Source of the DNA: an uncultured virus (IMG/VR IMGVR_UViG_3300048865_000024)
Lineage: Duplodnaviria; Heunggongvirae; Uroviricota; Caudoviricetes
Reading direction: 5' to 3' (one strand)
Virus record (IMG/VR): IMGVR_UViG_3300048865_000024
DNA: 33,034 nucleotides
Part shown: piece after piece, positions 27,470-33,034 of the stretch
Layout: each line of letters starts with the position of its first letter
Position numbering within the stretch: the stretch's first letter is position 1
Position numbers and translations under genes: made by a program
The notes under the pieces: generated by a model
Database searches by the model: none
What the model saw: the letters and a program-made list of their open reading frames with translations, nothing else
Told to the model about the DNA's origin: nothing

Positions 27470-27627
27470 GCCCGCGATACGGCGTTGACAACGTGGTCGT
27501 ACGGCCCTGCCTGACGACGTCAGTTTGTCGAAGCAACCCAAGGGCCGGGTGTGGCGCTGGTGGGGCTAAGGCAATCAAGGAAGAGTGTTGCCGGCAGTCC
27601 AGCGGAATGAACGAAACGGGAAAACAC

Positions 27628-27654
27628 GGGCGGTTCTTCGGAGCCGCCTTATTT
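27628..27654 (+). terminator. Rho-independent terminator-like hairpin
   Basis: GGCGGTTC-TTCG-GAGCCGCC followed by TTATTT. Confidence 0.7.
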
Positions 27655-27667
27655 CATGGAGGTTACG

Positions 27668-29464
27668 ATGCCACGCACAGGCGGAGTCTATTCACCACCT
27701 GCCGGCACGAAAGGTGTGTCCAATACGACCATTCAGAGCGTGCCCTACAATGCGCTTGTGGATGACCTCAGCGCCGACGCCAATGCCGCGCGGCCGGTCA
27801 CGGCAGGAGGGACGGGGGCGACCTCGGCAAGCGCAGCGCGGACCAATCTCGGATTGGCGATCGGTACGAACGTGCAGGCCTACGACGCCGGCCTGCAATC
27901 GATTGCCACGCTCGCGACTGCCGCCGACAGGATGATCTACACAACGGCAGCCGATGCCTATGCCACGACGGCGCTGACGCCGTTCGCGCGCACGATCCTC
28001 GGCGACGCAGACGCAGCGGCGGCGCTGACGACCCTGGGTGTGTCCGCTTTCGCCAAAGCGCTCCTGGACGACACGGATGCGGCTACCGCCCGGACGACGC
28101 TCGGAGTGGCAATCGGAGCGGACGTGCAGGCCTACGACGCGGGCTTACAGTCGATCTCCGGGCTGACGACCGCCGCAGACAGGACGATCTACACGACCGC
28201 ATCGGATGTCTATGCGACCACGGCGCTGACGCCATTTGCGCGAACGATCCTCGACGACACCAGCGCCGCTGCCGTGAAGACCACGCTCGGCCTTGCGGCA
28301 GTGGCGTCGTCCGGATCGGCCTCGGATCTCAGCTCGGGAACGATTTCCGACGCACGGCTTCCGGGCTCGATGGCGGGCAAGAATTTCTCGTCCGGCGTAA
28401 GCTTCGCCAATGCGGTTGCTGCCGGGAACACCGATCTTTCGAAGCATATCCAGCTCTACAGCGGTTACGGATTCACGATCACGGGTTCGACCCTGAACTA
28501 TACGGTCCCGGCCAACTCCTCTCATGTGTGGAACGTCAACGGAACGGAAGTCGGCCGCCTCAATTCCTCGGGCCTGACGCTGGCAACACCGCTTGCGCTC
28601 GCCGAAGGAGGTACGGGCTCGACGGACGCCGCGACGGCGAGGTCCAATCTCGGTGCGAACAGCGCTTCCAATCTCACGACCGGAACCATTCCGAACGCCA
28701 GAATTGCCGGAGCCTATGACGGCATCACGACGCTCGGCCAGACCGGCACCCATACGATCACCACCCCCGGCGAGGCGATACGTATCGTTGGCCCCGCCTC
28801 CACCGACGATCCGTATGTGAGCTTCTATAAGGGGGCCACTCGCCAAGCTTATATCCAGCACACCGACGGCACGGGGGTGAATCAAGGGTTTCGCATTTAT
28901 AACGATACGGCGACCGGCGGCGACACGGCCCTCACACTGAAGAATTCCGGCGGCGTCGACAGCCTGGAATTCCAGGTCAACGGCGCCGAGCACGTCGTCT
29001 ATCACTCCGGAAATCTATCCTCGGCCGACCTCAACTCGATCTATGGCTACACGCCGGCGAATTCTGCAAAACAGATCATCGCCGGCAACGGCCTGACCGG
29101 CGGCGGCACGCTTGCCGCAGATCGCACCCTGACGCTCGGCACGCCTGGCGACATTACCAACTCGACGACAAACTCCGTCACGTCTACCAGCCACACCCAT
29201 GCCCTCGGGTTTACTGCGGCGGAGGTCTATGTTGGAACTGGTGCCAACGACACGAGCTTTCCGCTCGGCCATATTGTGGCACTGGGTAACGACGCCAACA
29301 TTGCACGCAATGCCTCCGGCACCCCCACCCTCCACAATTCGATCAACAGGTACTACGTCCCATCGACCCACCCGAGCGCCGGAGCAGCATTGGCGGGGAC
29401 CTGGCGCTCACGCGGAGTAGTCAATGGCAACGGCGAGTACAACATCATGCAAAGGGTCGCTTAA
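27668..29464 (+). CDS. Tail fibre protein
   Basis: GGAGG RBS; GGTGA..A..AR.NLG and VQAYDAGL fibre repeats (internal duplication, offset 252 nt); AGNGLTGGG; C-terminal GTWRSRG. Confidence 0.9.
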   Translation: MPRTGGVYSPPAGTKGVSNTTIQSVPYNALVDDLSADANAARPVTAGGTGATSASAARTNLGLAIGTNVQAYDAGLQSIATLATAADRMIYTTAADAYATTALTPFARTILGDADAAAALTTLGVSAFAKALLDDTDAATARTTLGVAIGADVQAYDAGLQSISGLTTAADRTIYTTASDVYATTALTPFARTILDDTSAAAVKTTLGLAAVASSGSASDLSSGTISDARLPGSMAGKNFSSGVSFANAVAAGNTDLSKHIQLYSGYGFTITGSTLNYTVPANSSHVWNVNGTEVGRLNSSGLTLATPLALAEGGTGSTDAATARSNLGANSASNLTTGTIPNARIAGAYDGITTLGQTGTHTITTPGEAIRIVGPASTDDPYVSFYKGATRQAYIQHTDGTGVNQGFRIYNDTATGGDTALTLKNSGGVDSLEFQVNGAEHVVYHSGNLSSADLNSIYGYTPANSAKQIIAGNGLTGGGTLAADRTLTLGTPGDITNSTTNSVTSTSHTHALGFTAAEVYVGTGANDTSFPLGHIVALGNDANIARNASGTPTLHNSINRYYVPSTHPSAGAALAGTWRSRGVVNGNGEYNIMQRVA

Positions 29465-29950
29465 ATGGAAAAGTCGATTTTCGAGGTGGTCACCGTCCAC
29501 AAGGTCACGGATACGCCGACCCCTGGCATCTACGACCTTGATCTCACGTTGAGGATCAACGGCGTGGAGGAACGTTTCGAACACTACGTTTCCACACCTG
29601 ACGACTCGATCGGTGCGAACCCAGCAATCCGTACCTGGATGAAGCAGCATCCGGACTTTCCGGTTCAAAGCTATGTACCGCCGACGACGGAGCAAGTCCG
29701 TGCATCGCTTCCGCTACTGACCACCCGTCGGTTTCGTCTAGGCCTCGTCAAGAACGGGTTTACTCCGGCTCAGGTCGCGGCCGCTATTGAGACAGTGCAG
29801 GAAGGTCCTGAGAAGGAGGTTGCGAAAATTGAGTGGGAATACGCCACCACATTCAACCGCGCGCATCCGCTCATAGACCTCATTGGCACCGCCCTCGGCC
29901 TCTCGGACGAGCAGATTGACGCAATGTGGTCCACATCTGCCGACCTCTAG
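29465..29950 (+). CDS. Tail fibre assembly/chaperone-like protein
   Basis: Abuts the fibre gene; LTTRRFRLGL...IEWEYATTFNR.HP...LGLSDEQIDAMW. Confidence 0.75.
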   Translation: MEKSIFEVVTVHKVTDTPTPGIYDLDLTLRINGVEERFEHYVSTPDDSIGANPAIRTWMKQHPDFPVQSYVPPTTEQVRASLPLLTTRRFRLGLVKNGFTPAQVAAAIETVQEGPEKEVAKIEWEYATTFNRAHPLIDLIGTALGLSDEQIDAMWSTSADL

Positions 29951-30017
29951 CCTGTCCTGTCACGGATCGACATACAAAGCTGCGCTGTGGCAACGAAACA
30001 ATTGCCATCAAATGACA

Positions 30018-30860
30018 TTAGAAAATCCAAAAAATCTTATACCGAGTCTTTCGTCGCGCGTCGTTCCAACACATCCGAAAGAATTTCATCCGGGTCGACC
30101 AGCTGACATCTGGAAGCTTTTTTACCAGATTGTAGCAGCCTTTAGTATATTTCAGTCTCTGAGTTAGGCGATCTCGAAAACTTTTGGCCCCATAACGCGC
30201 CTCAGAGCCAGATCCCTCTGTGAAGTCGAATGTTGGTCCGTCGACGTACACTACGAGGTCGCGGACGACAAGTTCTGAAACGACGTATGATGCGAAACAC
30301 CAAGGATTTCCAAGTTCGAACCAGCGTTCCATGAGCATTTCTTTTGCGCTGGCTCTGTACAGACCGTAGATCCACTCAGCCGGGAACGTTAGATTTCTTG
30401 GAACCTTGCCTGATGCGTATTTACTTGTGAATTCGAAGACAGAGTCGTCCGGGGCTTTGATTCTGGACCCGCTTCGCCCTACCAGCTTCGTCGAGCATGC
30501 GGCAAGAAGCTTTCCGGGATTTTCGTCAAGTGCTTCAACCAAGCGCGCGAGAAAATCCGGCGACGAATGGTCATCGCATGCACGCAGGCAAAAATATTCG
30601 CCACGTTCGGCGCCGAGCCGGACTGCTCTCGCGAAGTTATCGATCGCGCTTACATGTTCTGCGCATTTGACGACGGAGAAGCGTTCATCCGACCGGCAAA
30701 ATTGCTCGGCTATGTCGACCGTCTTATCCGTCGATTTATTGTCGAGAATGATTGCTTCGAAGCCATCGAACGTCTGTTCGGCAATGCACCGTAGACTGCT
30801 GGTGAGTGTCTTTTCGCCATTGTAGACGGGGAAAACGACGACAACCTTCGGCTTGGGCAC
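30018..30860 (-). CDS. Glycosyltransferase family 2 (moron)
   Basis: VVFPVYNGE, IILDNKSTDKT and ACDD motifs; antisense; visibly lower GC. Confidence 0.9.
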   Translation of the reverse strand: MPKPKVVVVFPVYNGEKTLTSSLRCIAEQTFDGFEAIILDNKSTDKTVDIAEQFCRSDERFSVVKCAEHVSAIDNFARAVRLGAERGEYFCLRACDDHSSPDFLARLVEALDENPGKLLAACSTKLVGRSGSRIKAPDDSVFEFTSKYASGKVPRNLTFPAEWIYGLYRASAKEMLMERWFELGNPWCFASYVVSELVVRDLVVYVDGPTFDFTEGSGSEARYGAKSFRDRLTQRLKYTKGCYNLVKKLPDVSWSTRMKFFRMCWNDARRKTRYKIFWIF

Positions 30861-30980
30861 TGATTTTATCTCTACCGTTCAATCAGTCTTGCACATATCC
30901 AATGGCGCAACGATCCGCAACGGGCGTCCATGGCGAGAGCGCCAGGCGCTTCTTCGGCGGCAGCAAGCTCGCAACGGACG

Positions 30981-31039
30981 AAGGCCTGTTGAGGAGATCG
31001 AGCAAGCCGCTGCGGGTATCCCGAATCTCAACAGGCCTT
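30981..31039. repeat. Short palindromic (MITE-like) element
   Basis: Perfect 13-bp terminal inverted repeats AAGGCCTGTTGAG / CTCAACAGGCCTT. Confidence 0.75.
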
Positions 31040-31089
31040 AGTCCGCCTTTTTTCGCCGACGAACTGCAATTTCAGCAGAAAGGAACCCC

Positions 31090-31902
31090 ATGACCCAAAC
31101 CGTGCCTCCGGGCGCGGCGATGCTGCTCGACTTTATCCGGGAGGCGGAAGTCGGCAGCAAAGGCCGCGCGTCTTACGACGTGATCTACGGACATAACCAG
31201 GGAAAGCTCACAAAGCCGCTTACGCACATGGCGATCGCCGAGGTGATCCGTGCGCAGAAGGGGTGGGCGAGGGCGCATGGATCGAGTGCGGCGGGGGGCT
31301 ATCAGTTCATGCGGGCCACGCTTTCCGGGCTTTTGAAGGAAGTACCGGGATTGGGCGGAGATCAGCGCTTCGATCCTGCGCTTCAGGACCGGCTCGCCCT
31401 TCACCTTCTGAACCGCCGCGGTTTCGCCGGCTTTATCTCCGGCAAGATCGGCCCCGTTGAATTCGCGAGGCGCCTGGCGATGGAATGGGCGTCTCTGCCG
31501 GTTCTCGCCGATAGCCAGGGTGACCGGCAGCGGATAAGGCGCGGGCAGTCCTATTATGCCGGCGACGGGCTCAACCGAGCGCTGGTGCGGCCGGAAAAGC
31601 TGGAAGCCGTGCTTCGCGCAGTGCTGGCAGCCGGTCCACGAGAGGTCGAGGCGGACCGCGCGGGCGAGGCGGCGGCGCTTGTGGTTCCGGCACGCCCGGG
31701 CAAGCCGGTTTCCCGGTCCGGCCGCTTCTGGACCTGGTTGCTGACGGCCGGCGGCACGATCGTCACGGCGCTGAAGGAGCTGAACCTCGTCGCGCTGGAT
31801 TGGCGGGTGCAGCTTGCGATCCTCGTCATAATCGTCAGCTTTGCCGTTTACGCGATCTGGTCGATGCCGGCGGTCCGCGACGCTTTGAGGCTCACACGAT
31901 GA
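31090..31902 (+). CDS. Endolysin (lysozyme-fold) with C-terminal transmembrane segments
   Basis: LLDFIREAE, YDVIYG, SSAAGGYQF, FDPALQD, EWASLP (lambda R-like motifs); hydrophobic tail. Confidence 0.88.
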   Translation: MTQTVPPGAAMLLDFIREAEVGSKGRASYDVIYGHNQGKLTKPLTHMAIAEVIRAQKGWARAHGSSAAGGYQFMRATLSGLLKEVPGLGGDQRFDPALQDRLALHLLNRRGFAGFISGKIGPVEFARRLAMEWASLPVLADSQGDRQRIRRGQSYYAGDGLNRALVRPEKLEAVLRAVLAAGPREVEADRAGEAAALVVPARPGKPVSRSGRFWTWLLTAGGTIVTALKELNLVALDWRVQLAILVIIVSFAVYAIWSMPAVRDALRLTR

Positions 31903-32144
31903 CGTTTCCGTGGAGCAACCTGGTCGTCGCTGCCTTGATCCTGGCCGGAATTTCCTGGGCCATACTCGAAATCCGTTCGAATGCCGCGCAGGCGGTCCGC
32001 AATTCAATCGAAAGGCAGAACAATGAAGCAGCAAAGAGCGCTGACGCGAAGCGCTTTGACTATGACGTCTGTTCTTCTTCTGGCGGGCTGTGGAACTTCG
32101 GGACCGGTCGATGTGAGCGGCCTTCGCAGCATCGTGGGAACTGA
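31899..32144 (+). CDS. Inner-membrane spanin (Rz-like)
   Basis: N-terminal TM, helical linker, C-terminal C...GGLWNFGTGRC; overlapped by a lipoprotein gene. Confidence 0.75.
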   Translation: MTFPWSNLVVAALILAGISWAILEIRSNAAQAVRNSIERQNNEAAKSADAKRFDYDVCSSSGGLWNFGTGRCERPSQHRGN

Positions 32145-32274
32145 ACTTGCCGGCGCCCGCGGCGCGACGCAGATCGACCAGCGCAAGATCGACCGCACGG
32201 TGGTCGGCCTCTGCGCGGCGTCCGTCTGGACCAGGGCGGAGTGTGCGAGACACGGGGAGGGCGGAGATGATTGA
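32023..32274 (+). CDS. Outer-membrane spanin lipoprotein (Rz1-like)
   Basis: Lipobox LLLAGC in an overlapping frame; start at 32023 or 32062. Confidence 0.75.
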   Translation: MKQQRALTRSALTMTSVLLLAGCGTSGPVDVSGLRSIVGTELAGARGATQIDQRKIDRTVVGLCAASVWTRAECARHGEGGDD

Positions 32275-32605
32275 GGCCGGCGTTCACCAGCAGCTCGGCA
32301 CCTTGGTCGCCGAGGTGAAGAACCTGCGGGAGGACCTGCGCCGATCGGAGGACAGGTCGGATGCCGGCCGCGTATCCATGACGCGCCGGATGGACGAGTT
32401 GGTCGAGCGCATGCGGACCCTCGAGGGCTCGATGATGCTCGTCAAGGACGATATTGCCGCAATGAAACCGGTGACCGAGGACGTGCGCAAATGGAAGCTG
32501 ATGGGGATGGGCGCTCTCGGCGTTATCGGGATCGGCGGGGCGGCGCTCGGCGTGACCTTTGCCGATGTGGCAAAACGCGTGCTGTTGCTCACGAAGGCAG
32601 GGTAG
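32267..32605 (+). CDS. DUF1515-like coiled-coil membrane protein (possible holin/antiholin-type lysis gene)
   Basis: Coiled coil followed by WKLMGMGALGVIGIGGAALGV TM segment; last gene of the operon. Confidence 0.7.
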   Translation: MIEAGVHQQLGTLVAEVKNLREDLRRSEDRSDAGRVSMTRRMDELVERMRTLEGSMMLVKDDIAAMKPVTEDVRKWKLMGMGALGVIGIGGAALGVTFADVAKRVLLLTKAG

Positions 32606-32749
32606 AGAAATTTTCGCAGTAATTACGTTGCAGCGGCGCTGAAGGCGCCGATGCAATAGGTTCCTTTTTTACCGCAATCCGTTGGCCCGACCGGCGTCAC
32701 TTCCCTGGAAGATGCTCCAGGGTGCTCCGGCGCAGGAACGTAGCCCAAT

Positions 32750-33034
32750 TCAGTCGTCGTCGAAGAGTGGAAGGTCGCGATAGCGGCGGCTTACCAACCG
32801 CAACGATCGGTCCGGCTCTATGACATAGCTTTCGTAGACCCGGCGGCCGAATCGATCGATGAACTGATGCGGCACAATGCTGCCGACCGGTGCCTTGGTA
32901 AGCCTGGTGCGCGGCTGGCCACCATAGGTGATGCTGCCGGGAATCGGCTCCAAATAGGGCGAATAGCCCATCGAGGTCGCCTCGCAGCCGGTCAGAAGTG
33001 TGAGCATGCACAGGATAGGAAGAACATATTTCAT
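32750..33034 (-). CDS. Small lipoprotein (host-type)
   Basis: Lipobox LLTGC; EPIPGSITYGGQPRTRLTKAPVGS; convergent with the phage operon. Confidence 0.8.
   Translation of the reverse strand: MKYVLPILCMLTLLTGCEATSMGYSPYLEPIPGSITYGGQPRTRLTKAPVGSIVPHQFIDRFGRRVYESYVIEPDRSLRLVSRRYRDLPLFDDD

Larger units (their letters stand above)
985..32605 (+). mobile_element. Phage-derived (podovirus-type) virion and lysis cluster; defective/domesticated prophage or GTA-like element
   Basis: Co-oriented, stop/start-coupled packaging-head-tail-lysis genes flanked by host-type genes; no integrase, replication or regulatory module seen. Confidence 0.85.

Noticed and set aside
27860..28295. 252-nt-offset internal duplication in the tail fibre
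   Set aside because: Real, but ordinary for VQAYDA-type fibre shafts
32606..32750. attL/attR direct repeats or a tRNA integration site at the cluster ends
   Set aside because: No matching repeat found by eye between 843-985 and this interval; no tRNA or integrase seen

Overview
GC-rich alphaproteobacterial DNA (probably Sinorhizobium/Ensifer-like; inferred from gene content and a rhizobial-type palindrome). Between host-type genes (small membrane protein and GFA-family gene on the left, a lipoprotein on the right), about 31.6 kb (985-32605) holds a short-tailed (podovirus-type) virion and lysis gene cluster: terminase large subunit, portal, scaffold, major capsid, two adaptor-like genes, tail nozzle, GNAT-like assembly protein, ejection proteins, tail fibre plus chaperone, endolysin and spanins. 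I see no integrase, repressor, replication gene or small terminase. The unusual feature is that the structural operon is repeatedly interrupted by effector-like/immunity-like cassettes (His-rich nuclease-like, DAFRH/MDLHNN-type, permuted papain-like, lysozyme-like, HExxH zincin). Several effectors share an N-terminal leader translationally coupled to the portal stop codon. Most cassettes are bordered by heavily collapsed, colinear ghost copies of the neighbouring structural genes (3 extra portals, 1 terL, 1 capsid, 1 adaptor block). This fits a domesticated phage-derived particle carrying polymorphic toxins, expanded by duplication and erosion. Toxin roles and family names are motif-based inferences, not database results.
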